DNA of 64,000 bases from Gammaproteobacteria bacterium. Its GTDB lineage: Bacteria > Pseudomonadota > Gammaproteobacteria > Eutrophobiales > Eutrophobiaceae. Of the stretch, positions 1-8,917 are shown piece by piece. Location: assembly GCA_012103475.1 (NCBI GenBank), contig WLWS01000002.1, positions 618,081 to 682,080 on the forward strand. Reading direction: 5' to 3'. The position numbers and the translations under genes were made by a program. The notes beneath the pieces are model-generated. The model saw nothing but the letters and a program-made list of their open reading frames with translations. It did not search any database and was not told the DNA's origin. How positions within the stretch are numbered: the stretch's first letter is position 1; every line of letters starts with the position of its first letter.

Positions 1-488
1 CCGTAGAACCAGTTGGCTACGTAGATATGTTTGATTTTACGTTTCAGGATTGTGCCAAAAAAGACTATCGCATAACTGACCCAGACAACGGCAATAAGAA
101 TGTCTATCGGCCATTCCAACTCGGCATATTCTTTCGAAGTGGTAATCCCGAGCGGAAGCGTTATTGCGGCTGAAACGATAACGGCCTGCCAGCCCCAGAA
201 GGTGAACGCCGCTAGTTTGTCACTGCACAGGCGAACGTGACAGGTTCGCTGTACAACATAATAGGAAGTAGAAAACAATGCACATCCGCCGAATGCAAAA
301 ATAACTGCATTCGTATGCAGAGGCCGGAGTCGCCCGAAACTCAGCCAGGGCAGGTCAAAATTCAGCGCAGGCCAGGCCAGTTGAGCGGCGATGAACACAC
401 CAACTGCCATGCCAACAACACCCCAGACGATCGTCATGATCGCAAACTGCCGCACGACCTTGTAGTTATAGGTATTAGATTCGGTCAT
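1..488 (-). CDS. ccoN: cbb3-type cytochrome c oxidase subunit I (CcoN), N-terminal part; the gene runs off the left edge
   Basis: Not in the ORF track because there is no stop in the window. The reverse strand from the ATG at 488-486 reads [68 protein letters not shown]...[10 protein letters not shown] with no stop down to position 1. This is typical of the CcoN N-terminal TM region. ccoI/ccoS and an FNR box lie next to it. Confidence 0.85.
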   Translation of the reverse strand, partial: MTESNTYNYKVVRQFAIMTIVWGVVGMAVGVFIAAQLAWPALNFDLPWLSFGRLRPLHTNAVIFAFGGCALFSTSYYVVQRTCHVRLCSDKLAAFTFWGWQAVIVSAAITLPLGITTSKEYAELEWPIDILIAVVWVSYAIVFFGTILKRKIKHIYVANWFY

Positions 489-587
489 CAAATACACACC
501 TTTGTATCAAAAGAAGTTTATCCCCAGTTCCCGGTTAAACCTTGATTTAACCGGAAGCGATTATCACATTTGCCGTTCAGTAGAATC

Positions 588-601
588 TTGATCTCGATCA
601 A
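588..601. promoter_or_regulatory. Perfect FNR/CRP-family box TTGAT-N4-ATCAA in the ccoN/ccoI divergent region
   Basis: TTGATCTCGATCAA read directly. It lies about 100 bp upstream of the ccoN ATG (488) and about 120 bp upstream of the ccoI ATG (720). An fnr gene is present in the window. Confidence 0.6.
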
Positions 602-719
602 GTAATAAATGTTTACAGGCTTTATTGTTGATGTGAAGCGAGATTCTCATATTCAGCTAGGCACCGTAGAGTCAGGCGCTTACAATATTCAGCCAAAATT
701 TTTTCTTCTGGAGTTTTAA

Positions 720-3221
720 ATGCAATCCGCTGACGCAATCGAAATTCGTGATGGGGCGTCCAGTGATTCCACTTCCGCAATTCTTATTGAACCTTGTTTT
801 CATTGCGGAGAGCCAGTGCCGGAGTCGTTTGAGCTCTTTACTGAAATTGATGACGTAAAAAGGCCTATGTGCTGTTCTGGTTGTCAGGCTGTTGCTGAAG
901 CCATAGTTCAATATGGATTGGGTGACTATTACCTTTTTCGTGAGCAGAAGGCGCATAAACCAGAGCAGTTGATACCTGAAGAATTGCAGCGTCTTGAAGC
1001 TTACGATAATCCGTTATTGCAGAATGAGTATGTAAAATCGCAGAATATAGAACACAATTCAGCATCTTTTCTGCTCGCCGACATGACTTGCCCGGCATGT
1101 GTCTGGTTAATTGAGACACGTCTGCGACAGACGACTGGTATTACTAATGTCGATGTGAATTTCTCGTCGCATAAAGCGTCGATTAGCTGGATTCCAGAGC
1201 AAATACAGATGAGTCGCATTCTCAAAATCGTCAATGCTCTGGGATATAAGATTCAACCCTATGAAGCCAATGCAGCAAGCCAACAGCTTGATGAGGAGCA
1301 AAAGGAACAGTTACGTCGTTTGGGGGTTGCAGGGGTTTTAGGTATACAGGTCATGATGCTCTCGGTTGCACTTTATGTAGGCGAATGGTCGGGTATTCAT
1401 GAGAACTTCAGAAGTTTTTTCTCATGGTTATGTTGGCTTCTGACTACGCCGGTGATGCTTTACTCGGCAAGGTCTTTTTTTGTCAGAGCCTGGCGTGATA
1501 TCAGTCTATTGCAAACCGGCATGGATGTGCCGGTTGCGCTTGGCCTGTTGATCGCCTACCTCAGCAGCAGCTGGGCCACTACGACAAATAACGGCCAGAT
1601 TTACTACGATTCGATAGTCATGTTTGTCTTTTTTCTACTTTGCGGACGCTATCTGGAATTTCGTGCACGCAGACAATCCAGTCAGATAATGGAATCTATT
1701 GGTCAGTCGCTGCCTGTTATCGCTACGAGAAAAGTCGGGCAGGGGCGCGATTCAGAATTGGAAACAATACCTGTTGAGTCATTAAGGCGCGGGGATGTCG
1801 TTTTGGTTCGAAGCGGCGATGTTATCCCGACCGACGGTATAGTCAGCGAAGGTGATACCAGCGTTAATGAGTCACTTCTTACCGGTGAGAGCAGAGCCGT
1901 TTCAAAGGGGGTTGGAGATTTTCTTATTGGTGGAAGCAGCAATATAGACCAAACTGTTTACATGACTGTGACTAAAACCGGCAAAGACACCGTGAGCTCA
2001 CATATTTATCGTCTTATGCAGCAGGGGCAGAAGCAGAGACCAACTCTAGTCGCTATCTCTAACAAAGTTAGTGCTTTCTTTGTATTGTTTGTGCTGATTC
2101 TGGCGACTGGGACTGCCATTTATTGGATAAGCAATGATCCTGCAATCTGGGTGCCGGTCACCATAGCCACTCTGGTAGTTACTTGCCCCTGCGCATTATC
2201 ACTTGCCACACCTCTGGCTCTCGCTGCCGCCTCTACAGCCTTGATGAAAAAAGGACTCATTCTGGTTGACTCATCTGCACTCGAGATATTGAACAAGGTT
2301 GATACAGTCGTTTTTGATAAAACCGGAACATTGACTGCAGGGGAGCTCCAGATTACCGAGGTAAAGATGTTTTCATCTTTTCCTATGGAGTCTTGTTTAT
2401 CAATTGCCCGCGCAATGGAATTGAATTCTCTGCATCCTGTTGCAAAAGCATTTCAAACGACGGATCCAAGTAGTAGTGAAATGTATGCCGAAAACATTCG
2501 TAATTTTCCGGGCTCAGGAATCGCAGGGTTTGTTGGAGAGAATGAATGGTACCTGGGAAACAGAAAATTTATAAAGGACAAAACCGGGCTGCAGCTTGTT
2601 GACGATAAGTCGGATTTGTCAATGGATAAATCGACTAGCGAAATAGTGTTGGCGAACAGAGAGCAAATCCATTGCTGTTTTTATCTGACAGATGTGGTTA
2701 GAGAAGGTGCAGAAGAGACGATTCGATTTCTGAATATTAATAAATTGAAACATATGATTCTAAGCGGCGATGCCCTGGCTCCAACCCGGTTGTTATCTGC
2801 GAAAGTGGGGATAGCAGAATTTCACGCTGAACAATCACCGACTTGCAAAATGTCGAAAATTACAGATATGCAGAAAAATGGGGAGATCGTAGCGATGGTG
2901 GGAGATGGTGCGAATGATGTCCCTGTTCTGGCTACGACAAACGTATCAATTGCAATGGGAGAGGGTGCCGCTCTGGCTAACACCAATGCGGCAGTTATTT
3001 TATTGAAAGGTCGTCTTGATAAACTGATCACGCTCATTAAAACGGCCAAGCACAGTCGCTCGATAATAAAACAAAATATGATCTGGGCAATAGCTTACAA
3101 CATTACAGCTTTGCCATTGGCAATGACGGGGAATATTGAACCGTGGATTGCAGCTATTGGAATGTCTCTGAGTTCTTTACTTGTCGTTGTCAATTCTGGT
3201 CGCCTGAATCAGGGAGACTGA
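720..3221 (+). CDS. ccoI: Copper-translocating P1B-type ATPase of the cbb3 oxidase maturation set (CcoI/FixI)
   Basis: 833 aa. N-terminal Cys motifs CFHCGE...CCSGCQ, HMA-like MTCPAC, membrane CPC (VTCPCALSLATP), phosphorylation site DKTGTLT and hinge GDGANDVP. Its stop overlaps the ccoS start. Confidence 0.9.
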   Translation: MQSADAIEIRDGASSDSTSAILIEPCFHCGEPVPESFELFTEIDDVKRPMCCSGCQAVAEAIVQYGLGDYYLFREQKAHKPEQLIPEELQRLEAYDNPLLQNEYVKSQNIEHNSASFLLADMTCPACVWLIETRLRQTTGITNVDVNFSSHKASISWIPEQIQMSRILKIVNALGYKIQPYEANAASQQLDEEQKEQLRRLGVAGVLGIQVMMLSVALYVGEWSGIHENFRSFFSWLCWLLTTPVMLYSARSFFVRAWRDISLLQTGMDVPVALGLLIAYLSSSWATTTNNGQIYYDSIVMFVFFLLCGRYLEFRARRQSSQIMESIGQSLPVIATRKVGQGRDSELETIPVESLRRGDVVLVRSGDVIPTDGIVSEGDTSVNESLLTGESRAVSKGVGDFLIGGSSNIDQTVYMTVTKTGKDTVSSHIYRLMQQGQKQRPTLVAISNKVSAFFVLFVLILATGTAIYWISNDPAIWVPVTIATLVVTCPCALSLATPLALAAASTALMKKGLILVDSSALEILNKVDTVVFDKTGTLTAGELQITEVKMFSSFPMESCLSIARAMELNSLHPVAKAFQTTDPSSSEMYAENIRNFPGSGIAGFVGENEWYLGNRKFIKDKTGLQLVDDKSDLSMDKSTSEIVLANREQIHCCFYLTDVVREGAEETIRFLNINKLKHMILSGDALAPTRLLSAKVGIAEFHAEQSPTCKMSKITDMQKNGEIVAMVGDGANDVPVLATTNVSIAMGEGAALANTNAAVILLKGRLDKLITLIKTAKHSRSIIKQNMIWAIAYNITALPLAMTGNIEPWIAAIGMSLSSLLVVVNSGRLNQGD

Positions 3222-3406
3222 TGCAGATGGAAGTTATTTATCTGTTGATTCCAATTTCTCTGATACTTGTCGGGGTAATAATCTATTTTCTGTTTTGGGC
3301 TATTCGTTCCGGACAATTTGATGACATGGAAGGCTCAGGTTTTCAAATTTTGATGGATGATGATAAGGCAAAGGTGGTGGAGGAAGCTGACGAGAGCACA
3401 AAGTGA
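3221..3406 (+). CDS. ccoS: cbb3 oxidase maturation protein CcoS/FixS
   Basis: 61 aa starting at an ATGA overlap with the ccoI stop. MQMEVIYLLIPISLILVGVIIYFLFWAIRSGQFDDMEG is the typical single-TM CcoS pattern. It lies inside track ORF 3143..3406, in the same frame. Confidence 0.85.
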   Translation: MQMEVIYLLIPISLILVGVIIYFLFWAIRSGQFDDMEGSGFQILMDDDKAKVVEEADESTK

Positions 3407-3427
3407 ATTATAAATGGCAGCTTTACT

Positions 3428-5194
3428 TTACACTGTACCTGATTTCTTTCGTTTCGCGGATTTTTTGTTTTTATTGGCTTTAACTTGTTTTTTCTTGCGT
3501 TTTTTAACACCGTTTTCATCCCGCTTAGAATGCTTATGCTTGTGTTTAGTTGATACTGCGGATTTGTCTTGAGTAATATTGAGTTTATGTCCGTGCACTT
3601 TTTCGTGGCGTAAAGATTCGTACACCTCTTTCGGTATTCCTTCTGGTAGCTCGAGGGAGGTGGATTGTTCTGATATATCGATTTCACCAATATGTTTTGC
3701 ATTAAGACCTGCTTCACGGGCGAGGATGCCGATAATATCAGAAACAGTGATTTTGTGTTTCTTTCCAACTGCAATCTTGTAGCGAACCATTCTGGCTTTA
3801 CGCAGATTCGGCTTGTCTTGCTTAGACTTATCCTGCTTATTCTTCTGATTCGACTTGTCTTTGTTGGGTTTACTGAACTGAACTTTGAGAGGGCGTTTTT
3901 TCTGATGCAGGTAGGCAAGAGCGGCCGCAATATCCTCCGGAGCAATATCGTGTTCATGACTGTATTCAGCAAGCAATTCGTCAAAAAAACTCAAATCCTG
4001 ATTGTTTATGGTTTCCGAAAGAACCTGTTTAAATTGATCAATACGTTGCTTGCTGATGCTCTCACCAGTCGGCAGTTCCATTCTTGTCAAGGATTGACCA
4101 GAGGCTTTTTCCATCGTGTGTAAAAGCCGTTTTTCTCGAGGAGCAACGAATAAAATCGCTTTGCCCTGACGGCCAGCACGACCAGTGCGGCCGATTCTAT
4201 GGATATAGGCTTCGCTGTCATGAGGTATATCGTAATTCAGAACATGGCTGATGCGGGATACGTCTATCCCTCTGGCAGCAACATCGGTAGCAACCAGAAT
4301 GTCCAGTTTTTTATTTCGTAAACGATCAATGGTTCGTTCACGAATCTGTTGGCTCATGTCGCCATTGAGCGCCGAAGCTGGATAGCCTCGTGCTTCCAGT
4401 TTTTCTGCCAGTTCAACAGTGGCCGTTTTTGTACGCACAAAAATCAGCATAGCATCAATACTTTCTACTTCGAGGATTCTGGTCAGAGCATCAAGTTTAT
4501 TGGTGCCACCGACCATCCAGAAATGTTGGTCTATGTTTTCTCCAGTCGAAGCTTTCGATGCAATCTTAACTTCACAGGGGTCTTTCAGGTACTTGCGGGC
4601 CACCTTCCGGATTGCCGTTGGCATGGTTGCGGAAAATAAAGCAGTTTGATGATTCTCCGGAGTGTGTTCCAGAATCCATTCGACATCTTCAATAAAGCCC
4701 ATCCGCAGCATCTCATCCGCCTCATCAAGAACTAGGCACTTCAATGATTCCAATTTCAAAGTTTTTCGTCTCAGATGATCCATAACTCTGCCAGGTGTTC
4801 CAACAACGACATGAGGACCACGCTTGAGTTGACGCAATTGAGTTGCATATTCCTGTCCGCCATAGATAGGGAGGACATGAAACCCTGAAAGTTTTGCCGC
4901 GTATTTCTGAAAAGCTTCAGCGACCTGGATGGCAAGTTCTCTAGTTGGCGTAAGTACTAGAACCTGAGGGGATTTAACACTTAGTTTAATAGATGAAAGC
5001 AGAGGCAGGGCAAAGGCCGCAGTCTTGCCGGTACCGGTTTGAGCCATTCCAATCAGATCCTGACCGCCTAGCAGGGGTGGGATGCTCGCTTCCTGAATAG
5101 GGGTGGGCAGTTCATAGCCAATCGCTTCAATTGCCTGAAGGACGGGTTTGGCAATGGCCATTTGCTTGAAGCTAATAGTAATTGGGCTAGACAT
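3428..5194 (-). CDS. deaD: DEAD-box ATP-dependent RNA helicase (DeaD/CsdA-like) with a Lys-rich C-terminal tail
   Basis: 588 aa. Q-motif region, AQTGTGKTAAF (motif I), DEADEML, SAT, HRIGRTGRAG, and a basic KKRKKK-type tail. Confidence 0.9.
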   Translation of the reverse strand: MSSPITISFKQMAIAKPVLQAIEAIGYELPTPIQEASIPPLLGGQDLIGMAQTGTGKTAAFALPLLSSIKLSVKSPQVLVLTPTRELAIQVAEAFQKYAAKLSGFHVLPIYGGQEYATQLRQLKRGPHVVVGTPGRVMDHLRRKTLKLESLKCLVLDEADEMLRMGFIEDVEWILEHTPENHQTALFSATMPTAIRKVARKYLKDPCEVKIASKASTGENIDQHFWMVGGTNKLDALTRILEVESIDAMLIFVRTKTATVELAEKLEARGYPASALNGDMSQQIRERTIDRLRNKKLDILVATDVAARGIDVSRISHVLNYDIPHDSEAYIHRIGRTGRAGRQGKAILFVAPREKRLLHTMEKASGQSLTRMELPTGESISKQRIDQFKQVLSETINNQDLSFFDELLAEYSHEHDIAPEDIAAALAYLHQKKRPLKVQFSKPNKDKSNQKNKQDKSKQDKPNLRKARMVRYKIAVGKKHKITVSDIIGILAREAGLNAKHIGEIDISEQSTSLELPEGIPKEVYESLRHEKVHGHKLNITQDKSAVSTKHKHKHSKRDENGVKKRKKKQVKANKNKKSAKRKKSGTV

Positions 5195-5408
5195 ACGATA
5201 CTCGGTGATAAAGCTATGGAAACAAAAGATCTGGGTTGAATTGAAACGATACTGGCAAATGCTGCACTCGTGCTATCAAAGCGAGAGCGCGGATTATAGG
5301 GTATTTTTCTATTCAATGCTTGTCAATCAGACCTCCGCGGAAGAATTTTCGCAATAAGCCGGATTGCATGATAAATTTATACCTGTTTACTTATCTGAGA
5401 GCCAGAAT

Positions 5409-6008
5409 ATGTCGAAATCAAGCCATCGCGATCCACTATCGGATACACAATTGCGTGTTAAAGCGCTCGAGTCAGTATTACTGGAAAAGGGTGTAGTCAA
5501 ACAGGAAACGCTAGACGCAATTATCGACAACTACGAAAACAAAGTTGGCCCTCACATTGGTGCTTCAGTCGTCGCTAAGGCCTGGACCGATCCTGATTTT
5601 AAGTCAAGATTGCTTGAAAATGCCTCCGACACTCTGGCTGAAATGGGGCTCTCGGGCATTGAAGGCACTCACGTAGAAGTAAAAGAAAACACCGCTGAAT
5701 TACATAATATGGTTGTCTGCACACTGTGCTCTTGCTACCCATGGACTCTGCTTGGACTCCCACCTACCTGGTATAAAAGTACGCCCTATCGCGCTCGTGC
5801 AGTTCGCGATCCAAGGGGCATTCTGGCCGAATTTGGCGTTAAAATGAGCGAAAATGTTGAAGTGCGCGTTTGGGACAGTAATGCGGAAATTCGTTATCTG
5901 GTATTACCCATACGACCGGCTGGCAGCGAAGGACTTGGAGAGGATGAGCTTGCTGAGCTGGTCACGCGAGACTCCATGATTGGAACAGCCGTTGTCGAGA
6001 TGAACTGA
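5409..6008 (+). CDS. nthA: Nitrile hydratase alpha subunit, cobalt-type
   Basis: The metal centre motif VCTLCSCYPW has Thr in CTLCSC, the Co-type signature, rather than CSLCSC of Fe-type. I prefer the ATG at 5409 (MSKSSHRDP...) to the TTG at 5364 given in the track. Confidence 0.9.
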   Translation: MSKSSHRDPLSDTQLRVKALESVLLEKGVVKQETLDAIIDNYENKVGPHIGASVVAKAWTDPDFKSRLLENASDTLAEMGLSGIEGTHVEVKENTAELHNMVVCTLCSCYPWTLLGLPPTWYKSTPYRARAVRDPRGILAEFGVKMSENVEVRVWDSNAEIRYLVLPIRPAGSEGLGEDELAELVTRDSMIGTAVVEMN

Positions 6009-6029
6009 TAGAAAGGCGAGAATATTACT

Positions 6030-6698
6030 ATGAATGGCATACATGATCTTGGTGGGATGGACAATTTCGGAATCATAAATCGAGAGGAAAATGAACCGGT
6101 TTTCCATGATGACTGGGAGAGGCAGATTTTTGCGCTGACGATTGCAGCATTTCCAGCGGGTTATTGTAATGTTGATGAAATGCGCCGAACCACTGAATGC
6201 ATAGAACCAGCCGTCTATCTTCGCGCTAAATACTACCAAAAATGGTTGTTAACGCTTGAAAGCATCGTTCTCGAAAAAAACATTTTGACTCAGGAAGAGC
6301 TGGACTCGGGGCGTTCAATTCGAACCGAGGGCGGCAATCTACTTCCGGCCGTCCCGGATGAGATGATTCAGTATGCAATGAGCAACCCTGTTTCTGCCCG
6401 GGTTGAAAAAGAAATCGAAGCTAAATTTCAAACTGGCGATAAAATCCTGGCCAAAAACCTGAATCCACTTCATCACACACGAATCCCTAGGTTTATCAGA
6501 GGTAAGAGAGGTGAGATAATTCAGGATCATGGAGTCTTTTTGCTGGCTGACACGAATGCTCACGGTGGTCAGGATAAGCCCCAGCACGTCTATTCAGTGA
6601 AATTCACAGCGCGCGAGTTGTGGGGAGAGGAGGCAGCAGCGAAAGATACTGTATGTATAGACTTACACGATGATTATATGGAACATCTGCCAAATTAG
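6030..6698 (+). CDS. nthB: Nitrile hydratase beta subunit
   Basis: 222 aa beginning MNGIHDLGGMDNFG, the canonical beta-subunit N-terminus. It sits immediately downstream of the alpha subunit. Confidence 0.9.
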   Translation: MNGIHDLGGMDNFGIINREENEPVFHDDWERQIFALTIAAFPAGYCNVDEMRRTTECIEPAVYLRAKYYQKWLLTLESIVLEKNILTQEELDSGRSIRTEGGNLLPAVPDEMIQYAMSNPVSARVEKEIEAKFQTGDKILAKNLNPLHHTRIPRFIRGKRGEIIQDHGVFLLADTNAHGGQDKPQHVYSVKFTARELWGEEAAAKDTVCIDLHDDYMEHLPN

Positions 6699-6709
6699 CG
6701 GATAGAAAC

Positions 6710-7051
6710 ATGACGACACCTGATCTGAAAATCCTACCTGAATTGCCCGTTGACGAGGACGGTCCCGTGTTTAAAGCACCATGGCAAGCTCAGGCATTTG
6801 CACTTGTGCTCAGCTTGCAAAAAGAAGGGGTTTTTAGCTGGCAGGAATGGGCCGAGGAACTGGGCGCGAGCATCAATAAAGCTCGGCAGGCGGGTGACTC
6901 CGACCTTGGCGATACCTATTACGATCACTGGCTTGCTGCACTTGAAAAAATCAGCGTGGATAAAGGCCTGGCCAGTGTAAATAAACTGATTGAAAGAAAA
7001 CAGGAAGTTCACGAGACCCACCAGAAATTACATCACGGGCATTCGCACTAA
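6710..7051 (+). CDS. Nitrile hydratase accessory/activator protein (beta-subunit-like chaperone)
   Basis: 113 aa. PVFKAPWQAQAFALVLSLQKEGVFSWQEWAEEL resembles the beta-homologue activators of Co-type NHases. It has a His-rich C-terminus (HHGHSH) and is third in the operon. Confidence 0.7.
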   Translation: MTTPDLKILPELPVDEDGPVFKAPWQAQAFALVLSLQKEGVFSWQEWAEELGASINKARQAGDSDLGDTYYDHWLAALEKISVDKGLASVNKLIERKQEVHETHQKLHHGHSH

Positions 7052-7078
7052 TCAAATAAGTAAAACTGTTTTTAGTAA

Positions 7079-7810
7079 TTAGTGGTGGTCATGATGGCTG
7101 TTCAGCTCACTAAAAAAAGCCGCCTCGGTGTGAAAATAAAACAAAGACAAACCGATCATTACAATAATTGCACCTGCAATTTTTCTTAACTTAACAGACC
7201 TGGCAAGCGTTATTATTCTGCCACCTGCGAATCCGGTAAGTATCATTGAGGGCAGGGTGCCAAGACCGAACATAAACATATACATAGCGCTAAGCACAGG
7301 GGCATTCGCCGAGCTTGCCCACAAAAGCACGGAGTAGACCAGACCACAGGGTAACCATCCCCAAATGGCTCCAAGAGCAAAAGCTTTCGGGGCTGTTGTC
7401 GCTGGCACAAAACGTTTGCCAAAGGGTTGAATATGAGCCCACAGGCTAAGTCCAAGTGACTCAATTTTCTTCAGGCCAGGCAGGTAGCCTGATATATGAA
7501 TTCCAAGGCAGATTAAAAACAAGGCCGCCAGGCTTTGAAGTGCGAAGTAGAAAAATGAATTCCCACCAACTGAGGGAAGCAAGCTAACGACCAAACCAAA
7601 TAATCCGCCAATTGCAGAATAACTGGCTATCCGCCCTATATTGAATGCGCTCATTAACAAAAGCAGACTGGAGCTCCGCGATTTAGTGGTTTCGGGTAGG
7701 CTTAGACTCAGAGCGCCCATTATGCCCCCACACATTCCAAGGCAATGAAAGCTACTGCTCAGGCCGATGATAAATGCTGCAGCGAGAGTTAGTTGGCTGT
7801 TTGTGTCCAC
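7079..7810 (-). CDS. Polytopic membrane protein of the DsbD_2/TauE-like (COG2836-type) family with a His-rich C-terminus; possible metal or redox transporter
   Basis: 243 aa with multiple TM helices, an FHCLGMCGG motif and a C-terminal HHDHH. It has a GTG start and a perfect FNR box 34-47 bp upstream. From memory, members of this family commonly sit near ccoS/fnr. Confidence 0.6.
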   Translation of the reverse strand: MDTNSQLTLAAAFIIGLSSSFHCLGMCGGIMGALSLSLPETTKSRSSSLLLLMSAFNIGRIASYSAIGGLFGLVVSLLPSVGGNSFFYFALQSLAALFLICLGIHISGYLPGLKKIESLGLSLWAHIQPFGKRFVPATTAPKAFALGAIWGWLPCGLVYSVLLWASSANAPVLSAMYMFMFGLGTLPSMILTGFAGGRIITLARSVKLRKIAGAIIVMIGLSLFYFHTEAAFFSELNSHHDHH

Positions 7811-7843
7811 GACAAAACGAACAAATCTTAAATCTGTGTTTTA

Positions 7844-7857
7844 TTGATCTAAATCAA
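7844..7857. promoter_or_regulatory. Perfect FNR box TTGAT-N4-ATCAA upstream of the His-tailed membrane protein gene
   Basis: TTGATCTAAATCAA read directly. It lies just upstream of the GTG start at 7810 on the minus strand. Confidence 0.6.
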
Positions 7858-8034
7858 AATAAAATGGACGATAAGGCATAGTATGACTCACGGTTTTGAA
7901 AAAGGATTATTGAAAAATCTAAAAAACGTCATTGACCTGATTGCCAGTGTTCAATACAAGCAGACTGACACCGCCTCACACTACCTTGAGTGTCCTCACC
8001 ATTGTATCACCCCCAGTTGTGAGGTGGTGTTTTT

Positions 8035-8769
8035 TTAATTCCTCAAGCCCCCACAAGCATTTTGAATTGCCTTACGATCAATAATTTGAATATGCTTATT
8101 GTTTATACTGATGTGCTTGTTCTTCTGAAATCGACTGAATATTCTACTTACAGTTTCTATGGTTAAGCCCAGATAGTTACCGATTTCCTGTCTGGACATA
8201 CTTAATTTAAATTCATCTGCGGAAAAGCCAAGCTGACGAAATCGAATTGAGAGGGAAATAAGGAATGTGGCAATACGTTCTTCCGCATTTTTCTTGCCAA
8301 TTGTCAGTAACAATGTATTCTCATGAGAAATTTCTCTTCCCATAATCCGGAACATTTGATCCTGCAAGGCCGGGATTGTCTTGCAAACATCCATTAATTG
8401 AGTATGGGGAAAATTGCATAGACTGCTGGTTTCCAAAGCGACTGCAGAGCAACTGTGAGTCAAACTATCAAAGCCATCAAGACCAACGATTTCGCCGGGT
8501 AAGTAGAAGCCGATTATCTGCTCGTCACCATTGTCGCTATTTGTGAATAATTTAATGCTACCTGAGCGGACGGCATAAAGAGAGCTTAATGGGTCACCCG
8601 AGCGAAACAGATAGTCTCCTTTTTGGAGGGGACGATTCTGCCTCACAAGCTTTTCCAATTTGACCATTTCTTCTGAGTTTAGCCCATGCGGTAAGCACAG
8701 CTCAGCAAGATTGCAGTTTTCGCAAGACGCTTTGAATTTCTGAATATCAATAGCCTGCATTAGACTCAT
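8035..8769 (-). CDS. fnr: Oxygen-sensing Crp/Fnr-family transcriptional regulator (FNR/ANR type)
   Basis: 244 aa. An N-terminal Cys cluster (CENCNLAELC) plus a central Cys ligate the 4Fe-4S cluster. It has a cNMP-like beta-roll and a C-terminal HTH (RQEIGNYLGLTIETVSR). Confidence 0.9.
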   Translation of the reverse strand: MSLMQAIDIQKFKASCENCNLAELCLPHGLNSEEMVKLEKLVRQNRPLQKGDYLFRSGDPLSSLYAVRSGSIKLFTNSDNGDEQIIGFYLPGEIVGLDGFDSLTHSCSAVALETSSLCNFPHTQLMDVCKTIPALQDQMFRIMGREISHENTLLLTIGKKNAEERIATFLISLSIRFRQLGFSADEFKLSMSRQEIGNYLGLTIETVSRIFSRFQKNKHISINNKHIQIIDRKAIQNACGGLRN

Positions 8770-8917
8770 TGTCCTGTTGAAAAATAGCTTGGTACCGTTA
8801 GTCTACTTTTTTGTATATAGGAAGTAAAAGCAGTAATCTCGATATTCTATGATAGAGGGATTGTACTTTTCGCCCTGGCTTTTAAACTGATCGTACTATT
8901 TTACAGGAGATGCTGAT

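Noticed and set aside
237-545. 102-aa plus-strand ORF from the track
   Set aside because: It lies antisense to a clearly recognisable ccoN N-terminus on the minus strand (1-488). Its translation is low-complexity, Arg/Pro/Gln-rich, and has no motif.
3428-3860. Repetitive K/Q/D/N-rich coding sequence that looks like a nucleotide repeat
   Set aside because: It is the basic C-terminal tail of the DEAD-box helicase (KQDKSKQDK..., KKRKKKQVKANKNKK). It is imperfect, in frame, and not a mobile or CRISPR-like repeat.
3343-4123. Track ORFs 3343..3984 (-, other frame) and 3692..4123 (+) of 213 and 143 aa
   Set aside because: Both lie inside the deaD coding region, in alternative frames. They are produced by the Lys-codon-rich, low-complexity 3' part of deaD and have no independent support.
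7883-8038. 51-codon plus-strand ORF (MTHGFEKGLLKN...ECPHHCITPSCEVVFF) with an AAGG 5 nt upstream, ending in a T7 run that overlaps the fnr stop
   Set aside because: It has no recognisable family. The hairpin before the T-run is weak, with a 6-bp stem and a 19-nt loop. The nearby FNR box is positioned for the opposite strand. It cannot be supported from the sequence alone, though it could be revisited with Ribo-seq.
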